DNA from: a virus
Taxonomy: Duplodnaviria; Caudoviricetes
Length of the DNA stretch: 50,873 nt
Strand: one strand, 5' to 3'
Virus record (IMG/VR): IMGVR_UViG_3300048558_000003
Location: 1 to 50,873 of that record
Both the position numbers and the translations under genes were made by a program. Below are positions 24,501 to 35,697 of this stretch, piece by piece (positions within the stretch are counted from its first letter, which is position 1; each line of letters begins with the position of its first letter). The notes under the pieces are model-generated. The model saw only the letters and a list, made by a program, of their open reading frames with translations, had not been told where the DNA came from and searched no databases.

Positions 24501-24701
24501 ATGACTCACGACGAGAACGATCATTCTAAAGTTATTCTCACGGAAGATGACGTGAAGAATGCCCTCAAAGAAGCCATCAAGGAATGGCTCGAAGAGAAGT
24601 ATGCTCAGTTTGGTAAATGGACTATTAGAGCCCTATTGGCATCTCTACTGTCTGCTGTAATCACCGTTATCATCTATTCCAATTGGATTAAATTACACTA
24701 A
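24501..24701 (+). CDS. Small membrane protein (holin candidate)
   Basis: Single C-terminal TM helix within the lysis cassette. Confidence 0.55.
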   Translation: MTHDENDHSKVILTEDDVKNALKEAIKEWLEEKYAQFGKWTIRALLASLLSAVITVIIYSNWIKLH

Positions 24702-24895
24702 TGCCTCGGATTGAATACGAAAAAGATGAATACAACCCGATTGATGCGAATGCTCAATTCGAAGAGTATTCAGTGGCTAAGAAACAGTTGGAACGTAATC
24801 TTAGGACGGATAACCGTACCCGCGGACTTATTTCGACTGCCTCCGGTTCCGTAGCGCAGTCAGTAATAGAACAAGTTAGAAAGAAAAGAGATTAA
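24701..24895 (+). CDS. Hypothetical protein
   Basis: TAATG-coupled. Confidence 0.65.
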   Translation: MPRIEYEKDEYNPIDANAQFEEYSVAKKQLERNLRTDNRTRGLISTASGSVAQSVIEQVRKKRD

Positions 24896-24897
24896 TA

Positions 24898-25155
24898 ATG
24901 GGAAGCCCCATTGCAGTTAAAGACGAAGCAGCTCCTGCCTATGGTGCAGCGGCTCTCACCCTACACGATACAGACGAATTAACCAACTATTCCCGATGGC
25001 TCTATGTCGGTGGTACTGGTAACTTGAAGGTTACTACAATTGATGGTTCAGTCGTAACATTCAGTTCAATTCCCGCAGGAACCCTTCTGCCCATTCGTGT
25101 TAAGCTCGCGTGGTCTACTGGCTCTACTGCAACTAACGTAGTGGCACTATTCTAA
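24898..25155 (+). CDS. Small virion beta-protein (spike-base-like)
   Basis: LYVGGTGNL.V..F..PAGTLLPIRV..TG.TAT..VAL pattern typical of small capsid accessory proteins. Confidence 0.65.
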   Translation: MGSPIAVKDEAAPAYGAAALTLHDTDELTNYSRWLYVGGTGNLKVTTIDGSVVTFSSIPAGTLLPIRVKLAWSTGSTATNVVALF

Positions 25156-25334
25156 TGGCACGTACAGCTTATAACGACCCTCAGGCAGAAGCTCTATACC
25201 AGCATGGAGCTGGCAATAGCAAACGTATGCCTGATTCTCTGCAGAACCTTCCCTATGGACCCGGCAAGAAGTCTGGAACTAAGGAAGCTACATCTGGTCA
25301 CGATCAGAAGAAGTTCAAGCCCAAGACTAAGTAA
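25155..25334 (+). CDS. Small basic hypothetical protein (59 aa)
   Basis: TAATG-coupled on both sides. Confidence 0.6.
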   Translation: MARTAYNDPQAEALYQHGAGNSKRMPDSLQNLPYGPGKKSGTKEATSGHDQKKFKPKTK

Positions 25335-26878
25335 TGCCCCCCATTAAAGACGTAGACCAAATACGTCTAGCTGCCGAGAATGATTTCGAGACCTTCGTAA
25401 GACTCGTTCTCCCCCTCAGAGTATTAGGGCATTGCCACAGTGAGGTAATGCGTTGGTTTCAAAATGAAGAAACGAAAAGACACAAACTCCTACTCTTCCC
25501 AAGAGACCATCAAAAATCTTTTCTCGCAGCCGCATATGTTGCGTGGAGAATTACCAAGTACCCTCCAATCAGAGTTCTCTATATATCTGCTACCTCCACT
25601 CTTGCTACTAAGCAGCTTCATCTTATTAAAAGTATTATAACTTCTGACATCTACAGGCGTTATTGGCCTGAGATGGTTAATCTAGAAGAAGCTAAGAGAG
25701 AGAAGTGGACTGAAAGAGAAATAGCCGTAGACCATCCCCTACGTAAACAAGAGATGGTCAGAGACGCTACGGTATTCACAGCTGGTCTCACAACTACAGT
25801 TACTGGTCTACACTTTGACCTACACATCCTAGATGACATTGTAATTAAAGATAATGCATATACAGATGAAGGTAGAGAGAAGGTAGGATCACAGTATTCA
25901 CTACTAGCCTCAGTAGCTGGTACCAATTCAGAAGAGTTGGTCGTAGGAACTAGATACCATCCCAAAGACCTATATGGCACTATGTCAGCAATGAAATATA
26001 AGAAATATGACGAACGTGGCCAATACCTAGGTGATGAAGAGGTCTTCGATGTATGGGAACGTCCCGTAGAAGACAGAGGTGATGGTACTGGACAGTTCTT
26101 ATGGCCAGTTCAATATAGACATGATGGTAAGCAGTTCGGTTTCGACGCTAACATCTTATCTATGAAAGAAGCTCTATACATAGATAAACTACAGTTTAGA
26201 GCACAGTACTATAATAATCCGAATGACATATCGACCTCAACTATCGTCCCGGAATACTTTCAATACTACAATACCGTCTTCTTGTCTAACACAGGGAACA
26301 ACTGGTTCTTCAAAGGAGCAAGACTAAATGTATTTGCTTCTATCGACTTTGCTTATTCTCTTTCTAAGAGAGCGGACTACACCTGCATCGTCGTCGTGGG
26401 TGTCGATGCCTATAACAACTATTATATCCTCGATATCGACCGCTTTAAGACAGACAAGATCAGTGAATATTACGACCACATTCTTAAGCTCCATTCTAAA
26501 TGGCGGTTCCCCAAGATCAGGGCAGAAGTAACAGCTGCTCAAGAGATCATCGTTAAAGACTTAAAAGAAAACTACATCCGTAAGGATGGTCTATTACTTT
26601 CTGTAGAGGAGTACAGACCCTCTAGGAATGAAGGTACTAAGATGGAGAGAGTAGAAGCCACTCTTCAACCTAGATACGCTAATAGACAGATGTGGCACTA
26701 CCGTGGTGGTAATTGCCAGACACTAGAAGAAGAATTGGTATTGGCTGCACCTCCTCACGATGACATTAAGGATTGCTTAGCATCCTGTGTTGAAATCTGT
26801 CGGGCTCCTACCATACAGAGATTTAGTAATACAATGAACAAAGATTTATATCATCCTCGTTTCGGTGGCATTCAGTAA
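25334..26878 (+). CDS. Terminase large subunit
   Basis: Walker A-like PRDHQKS, GLHFDLHILDD, GTRYH, nuclease IDFA..ADYT, HDDIKD. Confidence 0.95.
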   Translation: MPPIKDVDQIRLAAENDFETFVRLVLPLRVLGHCHSEVMRWFQNEETKRHKLLLFPRDHQKSFLAAAYVAWRITKYPPIRVLYISATSTLATKQLHLIKSIITSDIYRRYWPEMVNLEEAKREKWTEREIAVDHPLRKQEMVRDATVFTAGLTTTVTGLHFDLHILDDIVIKDNAYTDEGREKVGSQYSLLASVAGTNSEELVVGTRYHPKDLYGTMSAMKYKKYDERGQYLGDEEVFDVWERPVEDRGDGTGQFLWPVQYRHDGKQFGFDANILSMKEALYIDKLQFRAQYYNNPNDISTSTIVPEYFQYYNTVFLSNTGNNWFFKGARLNVFASIDFAYSLSKRADYTCIVVVGVDAYNNYYILDIDRFKTDKISEYYDHILKLHSKWRFPKIRAEVTAAQEIIVKDLKENYIRKDGLLLSVEEYRPSRNEGTKMERVEATLQPRYANRQMWHYRGGNCQTLEEELVLAAPPHDDIKDCLASCVEICRAPTIQRFSNTMNKDLYHPRFGGIQ

Positions 26879-27099
26879 TGCCTAGGTTGGAATATTCATA
26901 TCAACCTGCTGAAAGACAGTACCAAGGAAGCTTGCCTAGAGTTTCAGTAGAAACTGATGAGTACCGTAAAGGCTCTACAAAATTTTCTTCAGAAGCTGAT
27001 GTAACAGACAGCCTTTCTGTCTCAGGTAGTTACAAGAAAAATACAGATGGTGGTAAAGACGAATACGGCGCTAGACTCACCTTTAGGAAATCATTTTAA
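26878..27099 (+). CDS. Small beta-rich hypothetical protein
   Basis: TAATG-coupled on both sides. Confidence 0.7.
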   Translation: MPRLEYSYQPAERQYQGSLPRVSVETDEYRKGSTKFSSEADVTDSLSVSGSYKKNTDGGKDEYGARLTFRKSF

Positions 27100-28907
27100 T
27101 GGCCGGTAAGACACTAGACCTCAAAGATATTATCGTCGAGGATAGATTAGGTTGTGAGATAGCTCGTAAGTGGATGGAATGGAATATGTTCCGTCAACCC
27201 ATCATGCAACGGTGGGATGAGCTACGTAGATATGTATACGCAACAGATACTACCACGACTACCAATTCTTCCTTGCCTTGGAGGAATAAGACTACTCTAC
27301 CCAAGCTCTGTCAGATCAGAGATAACTTGTACGCTAATTATGTAGCTACTGTCTTCCCCAAGAGGAAGTGGTTGCGTTGGCAAGCATCCAGTGAAGCATC
27401 TGCCGATAAGGCTTCTTCAATCATGCAGTACATGACTTGGGTGATTGGTCAGGAGAAGTTTAAGGCAGAAGCCTACAAGATGATCCTAGACGATATCGAC
27501 TACGGCAATGCCTTCGGTATGGTCGAATGGATCGACGAGAGAGTCGATCAAGGAGACAAAGAGCAGGTTGGTTACGTAGGTCCTATGATCGTTCGTATCA
27601 ATCCTCTCGATATTGTCTTCAATCCAATCTCTCCCTCTTTCTCCCAAGCCCCTAAGATCATACGTTCAATCGTAACTCTAGGAGAGTTGAAAGAGATTAT
27701 CGGGCGTCTGTCTAACGACGATAACAAGGAAGAGTACGAACAGATTTATGATTACGTTAAGAGAATTCGTACGGAAGTACGTCTTGGAGGTACTACTGCT
27801 TCCGGGACTACTGATCTCGCTGCTCATGACTCGATCTATCAAGTCGATGGTTTCGGAACATTCAGACAATACTTAGACTCTGACTACGTAGAGATTCTAA
27901 CTTTCTACGGTGATCTATACGACAGAGAAGGTGATGAGTTCTATAAGAACCATCAAATCATGGTCATTGATCGACATAAGGTAATCTCTAAGAAACCTAA
28001 TCCCTCTATCTTCGGACACTCCCCCATCTTCCACACTAGCTGGAGGAAGCGTCAAGATAATCTGTGGGGTATGGGTCCTCTAGAGAACTTGATCGGTATG
28101 CAATACCGTATCGACCACATTGAGAATGCTAAGGCTGATTGCCTAGACCTAATCATGGTTCCTCCTCTCGCAGTTAAGGGAGTGATGGATGACTTTGAAT
28201 GGGGACCATTCGTAAAGATCATGCTTGGTGATGAAGGAAGTGTTGAGCCTCTGATGGTTCCCTTCCAAGTCCTACAAGCTAATGGTGAACTGCAATTCTA
28301 CATGAATGTGATGGAGGAGTCTGCAGGTGCACCTAAGGAAGCTATGGGCTTCCGTTCTCCCGGTGAGAAGACAAAGTATGAGATACAGAGACTAGAGAAT
28401 GCTAGTGCCCGTATCTTCCAGAACAAGTGTTCTCAACTAGAAGAAGAACTGTTTGAACCCCTACTGAACTCTTGCCTAGAGATGGCTAGACGTAAGTTGA
28501 CTGGTATGCAGACCATCCCAGTGTTCAATGATGAGTTCTCCTTCACTACGTTCACAACTCTAACTGCCGCAGATATAACTGGAGCGGGCACTCTGAAACC
28601 TATTGGTGCCAGACACTTCGCTGAGAAGGCAGATACAGTTCAGAACTTAACCCAATTCTTCGGCTCACCCATTGGTCAAGACCCTTCAGTCAGAGTTCAC
28701 TTCTCTGGCAAGGTACTGGCCAAGAGCTTTGAGGACTTATTGGATATCACTGATTATCAGATGGTCCAACCCTACATCCGACTGGACGAAGATGCCGAGG
28801 GCCAGAGATTGGCTCAGCAGCATCAAGTACAGAATCAGATGCAAATTCAGACCCCAACAGGTCTGACACCTGATGACGCTGCACAACCCTATGCAGGTCT
28901 ACAATGA
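27099..28907 (+). CDS. Portal protein
   Basis: 602 aa after TerL; YGNAF, GPLENL, PGEKT motifs; synteny. Confidence 0.9.
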   Translation: MAGKTLDLKDIIVEDRLGCEIARKWMEWNMFRQPIMQRWDELRRYVYATDTTTTTNSSLPWRNKTTLPKLCQIRDNLYANYVATVFPKRKWLRWQASSEASADKASSIMQYMTWVIGQEKFKAEAYKMILDDIDYGNAFGMVEWIDERVDQGDKEQVGYVGPMIVRINPLDIVFNPISPSFSQAPKIIRSIVTLGELKEIIGRLSNDDNKEEYEQIYDYVKRIRTEVRLGGTTASGTTDLAAHDSIYQVDGFGTFRQYLDSDYVEILTFYGDLYDREGDEFYKNHQIMVIDRHKVISKKPNPSIFGHSPIFHTSWRKRQDNLWGMGPLENLIGMQYRIDHIENAKADCLDLIMVPPLAVKGVMDDFEWGPFVKIMLGDEGSVEPLMVPFQVLQANGELQFYMNVMEESAGAPKEAMGFRSPGEKTKYEIQRLENASARIFQNKCSQLEEELFEPLLNSCLEMARRKLTGMQTIPVFNDEFSFTTFTTLTAADITGAGTLKPIGARHFAEKADTVQNLTQFFGSPIGQDPSVRVHFSGKVLAKSFEDLLDITDYQMVQPYIRLDEDAEGQRLAQQHQVQNQMQIQTPTGLTPDDAAQPYAGLQ

Positions 28908-29149
28908 AGATAAACTGGACCCGTGGTCTAGAAGGCCAAGAGAAGGAAGACATGGTTAGAGCCATACGTGGTTCTAGGATGGCCCTAGGAAGGCTAGAGA
29001 AGGTCACTGGTGAGTTTATTTCAGAATTAGGTACCACCCTACCGGGCGACTTTGACACCCCTCAGTGGGCTTTAAAACGAGCCTATGAGGATGGTCAGGT
29101 ATACGCCTACAAAAAGATATTGACCCTCTTACAAGATACAAAAGAATGA
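28904..29149 (+). CDS. Conserved small head-region protein
   Basis: DFDTPQWALKRAYEDG; between portal and scaffold. Confidence 0.75.
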   Translation: MKINWTRGLEGQEKEDMVRAIRGSRMALGRLEKVTGEFISELGTTLPGDFDTPQWALKRAYEDGQVYAYKKILTLLQDTKE

Positions 29150-29904
29150 GTGAACAAGACCTATTCACACCCGCCGAAGTAGAGTTCGACCCAAACTCGA
29201 ATTACGTTGACCAACTTGTCGGTGACGGGAAGAAATTCTCCGACCCTAACAAGCTAGCTTTCGGCAAGCTACAATCCGACCGTTTCATCGAACGTCTTAA
29301 GACGGAGAATGAAAGAATGCGGGAGGAGTTGAATACCCGTCAACGAATGGAAGAGCTAGTAACCAAGCTGGCATCCATTGAACCCAAGCAGTCTGCTAGT
29401 AGCGAGAATAATCAAGGTAGTGAACGAGACGGTGATAACAGGCCCCCTATGACAGGTTCTGGCCTTTCCCCCGAGGAGGCAGAAGCCCTATTCAATAGAA
29501 AGCTTCGAGAGACGAAGAACTTTGAGAAGTCTCTTGAAGGATTGAAATCGGCCTATGGCTCCGACTATCAAACCAAGCTGGACGAAGAAGCCAAGCGTTT
29601 AGGTATGGATAGTACAGAAGTGAATAGTTTAGCTAAAGCTAATCCTGAACTCTTCTTACGTATATTCAGTGGTACTAATGTAACTCCTTCGGATAACCAT
29701 TATACACCACCCCCTACTAATAGTATTAATTCTAATTCTCTTGTCTCCTTAAAGAATAACCATATGGTTAATGGAGTAAGGACACAAGCGTACTATAATG
29801 ATCTAAAGGCAAGGGACCCTAAGACTTACTGGTCTGTCTCCGTACAGCAACAAGAAATGAAAGATGCCACCAAGCTCGGTGAAGCTTGGTTTAACGCATC
29901 ATAA
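29146..29904 (+). CDS. Scaffolding protein
   Basis: Acidic, helical/coiled-coil, immediately before the MCP. Confidence 0.8.
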   Translation: MSEQDLFTPAEVEFDPNSNYVDQLVGDGKKFSDPNKLAFGKLQSDRFIERLKTENERMREELNTRQRMEELVTKLASIEPKQSASSENNQGSERDGDNRPPMTGSGLSPEEAEALFNRKLRETKNFEKSLEGLKSAYGSDYQTKLDEEAKRLGMDSTEVNSLAKANPELFLRIFSGTNVTPSDNHYTPPPTNSINSNSLVSLKNNHMVNGVRTQAYYNDLKARDPKTYWSVSVQQQEMKDATKLGEAWFNAS

Positions 29905-29921
29905 CTAGGAGATTGACTTAA

Positions 29922-30872
29922 GTGTTTTCAGTAAGCACTAACGACCATCTCATTCGTTCCAATATTTGGAGCCCAAAACTCAAGGAAATCCTAGAGGATG
30001 AATTGATGGGCTGGAAGTACGTTGACATGCTCAGCGGCTTCCCGGATGGTGATACCTTTAACATCCCTTCTATCGGTCAGGCGCAAGTTCATAACTTCGT
30101 CGAAGGTCAGAAGGCCATCTACAATGCAATGGATACTGGTAACTTCACGTTCTCCATCACGGAGTACCTGCAGTCTGGTATGTACATCTCGGAGAAGATG
30201 AAGCAAGATTCGTTCTATACTGGACGCCTCGTGTCTTCGTTCATCCCCAAGATGCACCGTGCTATTGCAGCGCGAATTGAAGCCGACATTCTGTCGATTG
30301 GTCCTCTGGGCCAGACGGCCTCGAATGCCAATACTATTTTCGGTGGTGACCACCGTTGGGTTGCCTCTGGCACCAGCGAGACTATGGATATCACGGACTT
30401 CGCTAAGGCTCGTTATTCCCTCAAGAAGGCTAACGTACCTGATACGAACCTGATCGCCATTGTCGATCCTACCGTTGAGTATAAGCTCAACACCCTGACG
30501 AACCTCGTCAACATGTCCTATAACCCCATGTGGGAAGGCATTGTGACTTCTGGTGTCGCTACGGGTCTGAAGTTTATCCGCAACATCTACGGTTTCGACG
30601 TTTACGTTTCTAACCACCTCTACGCCCTCCCCACCTCTGAGACCATTGGTACGAAGACGGCTGCGGCTGGTGTGTGTAACCTGTTCTTCTCTGCGGCTCC
30701 GGACGTTCTGCCCTTCATCGGTGCAATCCGTCAGGCTCCCAAGGTTGACTCAGAATACAACAAGGATGAGCAGCGTGAAGAGTACGTTGTGACCTGCCGG
30801 TATGGCACTGGTTTCTATCGCCCTGAGAACTTTGTCTGTGTCATTTCTGACACCGATCAGGTCTCTTTCTAA
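29922..30872 (+). CDS. Major capsid protein
   Basis: 316 aa, strong codon bias, IYGFDVYVSN and C-terminal YGTGFYRPE; synteny. Confidence 0.9.
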   Translation: MFSVSTNDHLIRSNIWSPKLKEILEDELMGWKYVDMLSGFPDGDTFNIPSIGQAQVHNFVEGQKAIYNAMDTGNFTFSITEYLQSGMYISEKMKQDSFYTGRLVSSFIPKMHRAIAARIEADILSIGPLGQTASNANTIFGGDHRWVASGTSETMDITDFAKARYSLKKANVPDTNLIAIVDPTVEYKLNTLTNLVNMSYNPMWEGIVTSGVATGLKFIRNIYGFDVYVSNHLYALPTSETIGTKTAAAGVCNLFFSAAPDVLPFIGAIRQAPKVDSEYNKDEQREEYVVTCRYGTGFYRPENFVCVISDTDQVSF

Positions 30873-30889
30873 TATAGGAGATATGAACT

Positions 30890-31408
30890 ATGGTTAATAC
30901 TTGGCTAAACTCCGACGGTCTTTATCTTAAGACTGGTACTCAGCAGTCCGTTCTGTCCACTGCCGGTGAATACCGTAACGATGGCAACTACCACGTCGTG
31001 GAAGTTACCATTCATGACATGACTGATCTCGGCACCTCTGCTGCTATTCAAGACGATGTGACCTTCATTCCGAAGAACGCTCGTATTGAGAAGCTGGAGC
31101 TGGTGACTGAGACGGCCTGTACTTCGGGTGGCTCTGCCGCTCTGAACGTCGGCCTTCAGCGTCGTGACCGTTCCACCGAACTGGACTACGATGGTCTGAT
31201 TGCTGCGGCTGCTCTTTCCACTTTCAACGCTGCGGGTGAAACCGTGACGTTCACTGCTGGTTCGACTGCTGCTGGTGCCCTTCTGGGTACTACGTTGGCT
31301 AACAACGGCTATCTGACCGCTGACTACGATACCGCAGCCTTTACCGCCGGTAAGGTTGTGATCCGCGTTTTCTACAGGTTCCCTGTAACTGACGCGTTCG
31401 TAAGCTAA
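30890..31408 (+). CDS. Capsid decoration / minor capsid protein
   Basis: Follows the MCP, strong SD, biased codons. Confidence 0.65.
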   Translation: MVNTWLNSDGLYLKTGTQQSVLSTAGEYRNDGNYHVVEVTIHDMTDLGTSAAIQDDVTFIPKNARIEKLELVTETACTSGGSAALNVGLQRRDRSTELDYDGLIAAAALSTFNAAGETVTFTAGSTAAGALLGTTLANNGYLTADYDTAAFTAGKVVIRVFYRFPVTDAFVS

Positions 31409-31419
31409 GGAGGTAGATT

Positions 31420-32040
31420 ATGGCTACTACTAGCCTCCCTAACTCCCAACAGTTGGATTGGACCGGAAACGCTCTACTCGTAACTGATCTGGATGCATCA
31501 GGTTCACTTTTTGTCGGTGGCGTCGAATTCGCCGGTGCCGACTTAACCTACGTGAATGACCTGACTGCAACTGCTGCTGAAGTAAACCGTGTCGCTGATG
31601 TGTCCGGTCGTGTTGTATCCGCTACGGGTGCAACGCTGACCGTCACAGAAGCTCTCCACGACAGCAAGACTATCCTACTGAACCGTGCTGGAGGTATTGC
31701 GATTACGCTGCCTGCAGCTACGGCAAGTGGTATGCGTCTCCGCTTTGTTGTGGGTACAGTATCAACTACGGGCTATGTGATTAGCTCTGTGGTCGGAACA
31801 GACTTGATGGAGGGCATCATTATTGGTGCTTCCACCACTGACTCCGCTACAGACGCTGCACGTACGTGGCTTTCTGGAGCTACTGACGATACCATCACTC
31901 TCAACGGTACTACCACTGGTGGTGCTGCTGTAGGTGACTGGATTGAGTTGGAAGACCTCTCCGCCACTGGTTGGTATGTACGCGGTATGGTAACTCAAAG
32001 TGGAACTGAGGCGACTCCGTTCTCGGATGCTGTTACCTAA
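31420..32040 (+). CDS. Virion structural protein (fibre-like)
   Basis: Thr/Ala/Gly-rich; ITLPAATASG motif. Confidence 0.65.
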   Translation: MATTSLPNSQQLDWTGNALLVTDLDASGSLFVGGVEFAGADLTYVNDLTATAAEVNRVADVSGRVVSATGATLTVTEALHDSKTILLNRAGGIAITLPAATASGMRLRFVVGTVSTTGYVISSVVGTDLMEGIIIGASTTDSATDAARTWLSGATDDTITLNGTTTGGAAVGDWIELEDLSATGWYVRGMVTQSGTEATPFSDAVT

Positions 32041-32822
32041 TGCCACAAAACGACAAAGCATCTGGTCTCAAGAAATACCACGGTATTACCTCAGGTACTG
32101 TTGGGACCTCTAAAGCTGTAGTCGTTGATGCTAACAAAGACGTAGCGGGTTTCCGTCACGTCGGACTTACGGGCAATCTGGTGGTGGGGTCTGGGTTATC
32201 TCAGGCTACCATCACCTCTGCTCAAGCTGCTGTGCTCGCGAGTGTTACTCCGGGCACAGTAGCTGCATCTAAAGCTATGGTCGTAGACGCCAATAGAGAC
32301 ATAGCTACTGTACGTAATCTTACTATAGACGGTAACTTTGTAACTGGCTCTACCACTCTAACGGAAACAGAATTACAGAAACTAGATGGCGTAACAGCCG
32401 GGACTGTAACTGCTTCTAAAGCCCTAGTTGTTGGTGCCAATAGGGATATATCTACTCTACGTAACGTCACTATGGACGGTACGTTAACTTTTAGTGCTGG
32501 TGGTCTGTTTAACTCAGACTCAAGCACAGCTACTGCTACTGCTGGTACAGCTACTCTGAACAAGATGGCTGGTAAAGTTACAACTAACTCTATGACAACC
32601 AGCCCACTGAATGCCTTCGTACTAACCATCAACAACAGTACGATAGCTTCCACAGACATGGTATTTGCTTCTGTCGCAGCTGGTACAATCACAACCGGAA
32701 TTCCATTAATTGGATATATAACTCCCGGTTCTGGTTCCGTTGTAATCAGAATATTTAATGCCGACACTATCAATTCTTTCAATGGAACCGTCGTGGTTTC
32801 CTTCTTTGTTGTAAAGGCTTAA
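32040..32822 (+). CDS. Virion fibre protein with 3 internal repeats
   Basis: Three copies of (I/V)TxGTVxxSKAxVVxANxD. Confidence 0.7.
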   Translation: MPQNDKASGLKKYHGITSGTVGTSKAVVVDANKDVAGFRHVGLTGNLVVGSGLSQATITSAQAAVLASVTPGTVAASKAMVVDANRDIATVRNLTIDGNFVTGSTTLTETELQKLDGVTAGTVTASKALVVGANRDISTLRNVTMDGTLTFSAGGLFNSDSSTATATAGTATLNKMAGKVTTNSMTTSPLNAFVLTINNSTIASTDMVFASVAAGTITTGIPLIGYITPGSGSVVIRIFNADTINSFNGTVVVSFFVVKA

Positions 32823-32826
32823 TAAC

Positions 32827-33474
32827 ATGCCGAATGTAGAACATTCCGCAATTACCGATCCTAATATTCACGAACCTAAAGGTATCGCAGCAGCCACGGC
32901 CGACCAAATCTATGTCTCAGATGGCGCAGGTTCCGGAGACTGGACTGATGTTGCAGACGTTCTAGATGCCAGTGCTAGCTGGACTATGAACGATCTAATC
33001 CACGTAAAATACGAAAGTAATACTGCCACCAGTATTGATGCTGTTACTTGGACACAAATACCTCTCAATCAAGTTAAGACAAATAATCTAGCTTCGGTTA
33101 CTCTGTCTGCTAATAGAATTTCACTGCCAGCTGGAACGTATTTTATAGACGCTTCAGTGCCATTTGAGATTGTGCCAACAAACGGTGTTGACCCTAACAA
33201 CTATAAGGCAAAATTATATAATGTTACAGGCTCTGCCGATCTGGTTATAGGTACTTGTGAAACCTCTGATGGTGATGATGATATTACAGCTTCTTCTGCC
33301 TTCCCGACTGTACGCTCCTTAGTTAAGGGAGTATTCACAGTAGCCTCTACTTCAAGTATAGAGCTTCGTGGATGGGTTTCTAGAGCAAGCTCTACTACTG
33401 GTGGAGAAAACACTGGAACAGATGACTCCGCAGTTCACGTTCAATCTGAACTGACTATCTGGCGGATTGCCTAA
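32827..33474 (+). CDS. Virion structural protein
   Basis: N-terminal HEPKG motif; beta-sandwich-like C-terminus. Confidence 0.65.
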   Translation: MPNVEHSAITDPNIHEPKGIAAATADQIYVSDGAGSGDWTDVADVLDASASWTMNDLIHVKYESNTATSIDAVTWTQIPLNQVKTNNLASVTLSANRISLPAGTYFIDASVPFEIVPTNGVDPNNYKAKLYNVTGSADLVIGTCETSDGDDDITASSAFPTVRSLVKGVFTVASTSSIELRGWVSRASSTTGGENTGTDDSAVHVQSELTIWRIA

Positions 33475-35417
33475 TGGCTAAACTCACACTAACCGATCTA
33501 ACCAATCTCTCTAATGAACAGTCTGTTGTTAGTTCAATTAACAGCAACAACACTGCTATTGAGACAGTGTTAGAAAATACTCTGTCTAGAGACGGCACCT
33601 CTCCCAATACGATGAGTGCCGATCTAGATATGAATTCCAATCAAATTCTGAACCTGCCTGCTGCTACTGTAGACACAGAACCAGTACGTAAGGCAGAATT
33701 TGATGAAGCTATTGAAAGCTTAACCGCAGCAGGCATAGCTCTAAGTTCTTCTGGACTTATTGCCTATGACTACGATACTGCAACTGTAAATGCTAGAACC
33801 TTCGTTGCTGCAGATGGTTCCGGTATTACCATTACCAATGGTGATGGTGCAGATGGTAATCCTACCTTTGACTTCGATAGCGATACCATATCTTTCGCAG
33901 ATGCCATTGACGCTCTAGTACCTTTGACCCCCGCTGCAAATAAGATGGCCTATTATACTAGTGCCTCTGCTGCAGCAATGACTGACCTAACTGCATTCGC
34001 AAGGACCATACTTGATGACTCAGACGCTAGCACAGCCCGAGCTACCCTCGGTCTCACAATCGGAACTCACGTTCAAGCTTATGACGCTGAACTCGCAGCT
34101 CTTGCAGGGCTTACTTCAGCTGCAGACAAACTGCCATACTTCACAGGAAGTGGCACGGCTTCGGTCGCTGATCTCTCTTCTTTTGGAAGAACTCTCATTG
34201 ACGACGCAGATGCTTCGACGGCTAGAGCGACACTTGGTCTTACAATCGGGACCAACGTACAGGCGTACGATGCAGAGCTTGCTGCCCTCGCAGGAACAAC
34301 CTCAGCAGCCGATAAGCTCCCATACTACACCGGATCAGGAACAGCCACTACAGCCGATTTCACTTCCTTCGGAAGAAGCTTAGTAGATGACGCTAACGCA
34401 GCTGCTGCTCTAACCACTCTAGGCGTATCTGTATTTGCACAGACTCTGCTTGATGATGTGGCTGCTACCAATGCCAGAACAACTCTTGGTTTGGTGATTG
34501 GAACAGACGTACAAGCTCAAGATGCTGAACTCTCCGCCCTCGCAGGACTCACCTCCGCTGCAGACAGCCTCCCCTACTTCACTGGATCAGGCACAGCTGC
34601 CGTCACAACTTTCACGAGCTTTGGAAGAAGCTTGGTGGATGACGCCGATGCCTCGGCAGGACGCACCACACTAGGTGTTGTAATTGGTACGGATGTTCAA
34701 GCTCAGAATGCCATCCTAAGTGATTTAGCTGGCCTCACACAAGCTTCGAATAAACTCCCGTATTTCGATAGCTCCACTACAGCAGCTACCACAGACCTCT
34801 CTAGCTTCGGTAGAAGCCTGATTGATGACGCTGATGCTAGTGCTGCTAGGACTACTCTCGGATTGGTAATTGGCACCAATGTTCAAGCCTATGATGCTGA
34901 ACTGGCTGCCCTAGCTGGATTAACCTCTGCTGCCGATGCTCTACCCTATTTTACTGGTTCTGGTACTGCTGCTACGACTACACTCTCAAGTTTCGCTAGA
35001 ACTTATCTAGACGATAGTACTGCGATAGCTTTTAGAGCTACAACTGGCACTGAGCCTGAGTATAATATTAAGGTTACATCCGATACAACTGCATTAACAA
35101 CTGGTGACGGTAAGATATACTTCACTATCCCGTCCTCTCTAAACGGACTAACCATTAAAGCTGCACATGCCTCTGTGGGCTCTGTCTCCTCCTCTGGAGC
35201 AATTACAGTGCAGATTAGAAACGTAACTGATGCTGTAGATGTCCTGTCTACCGCTATTACAATTGATCAGAGTGAGTTTACCTCCTACACAGCTGCTACC
35301 CCTCCTGTTATCAACACTGCTAATGACGATGTTGCTACTGGCGATATAATTGCAGTAGACGTTGATGGAGCAGGTGTATCTGCTGCTGGTCTAAGTGTTC
35401 ATCTAACCTTCGGATAA
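33474..35417 (+). CDS. Tail fibre protein with ~63-aa tandem repeats
   Basis: N-terminal [19 protein letters not shown] anchor; about five ARxTLGLxIGTxVQAxDAELx[12 protein letters not shown] repeats. Confidence 0.85.
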   Translation: MAKLTLTDLTNLSNEQSVVSSINSNNTAIETVLENTLSRDGTSPNTMSADLDMNSNQILNLPAATVDTEPVRKAEFDEAIESLTAAGIALSSSGLIAYDYDTATVNARTFVAADGSGITITNGDGADGNPTFDFDSDTISFADAIDALVPLTPAANKMAYYTSASAAAMTDLTAFARTILDDSDASTARATLGLTIGTHVQAYDAELAALAGLTSAADKLPYFTGSGTASVADLSSFGRTLIDDADASTARATLGLTIGTNVQAYDAELAALAGTTSAADKLPYYTGSGTATTADFTSFGRSLVDDANAAAALTTLGVSVFAQTLLDDVAATNARTTLGLVIGTDVQAQDAELSALAGLTSAADSLPYFTGSGTAAVTTFTSFGRSLVDDADASAGRTTLGVVIGTDVQAQNAILSDLAGLTQASNKLPYFDSSTTAATTDLSSFGRSLIDDADASAARTTLGLVIGTNVQAYDAELAALAGLTSAADALPYFTGSGTAATTTLSSFARTYLDDSTAIAFRATTGTEPEYNIKVTSDTTALTTGDGKIYFTIPSSLNGLTIKAAHASVGSVSSSGAITVQIRNVTDAVDVLSTAITIDQSEFTSYTAATPPVINTANDDVATGDIIAVDVDGAGVSAAGLSVHLTFG

Positions 35418-35421
35418 TCAA

Positions 35422-35697
35422 ATGGCTATTACCCTCAAGACTGATACCGTAACTAACAAAGAACGTACTAAACAAATCATCATCTCCACTCCTACTGGAG
35501 AAGCCCCCACTATTACTGTCTTCCGCGAACTAGTTTGGGAAGATGCTGGTGGCAATGTTATCCGTAAACAGGATGATAAAGTAATCACTAAACTATACCC
35601 TGCTATTGCAGGCATGACATTCCCCAGTATTACTGACGGTGCAGGGCTATACGCTTTCCTGTCGGCTACTGCTGATACTTGGAGCCAAGAGCCCTAA
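35422..35697 (+). CDS. Small protein following tail fibre (chaperone?)
   Basis: Position and tight coupling. Confidence 0.6.
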   Translation: MAITLKTDTVTNKERTKQIIISTPTGEAPTITVFRELVWEDAGGNVIRKQDDKVITKLYPAIAGMTFPSITDGAGLYAFLSATADTWSQEP

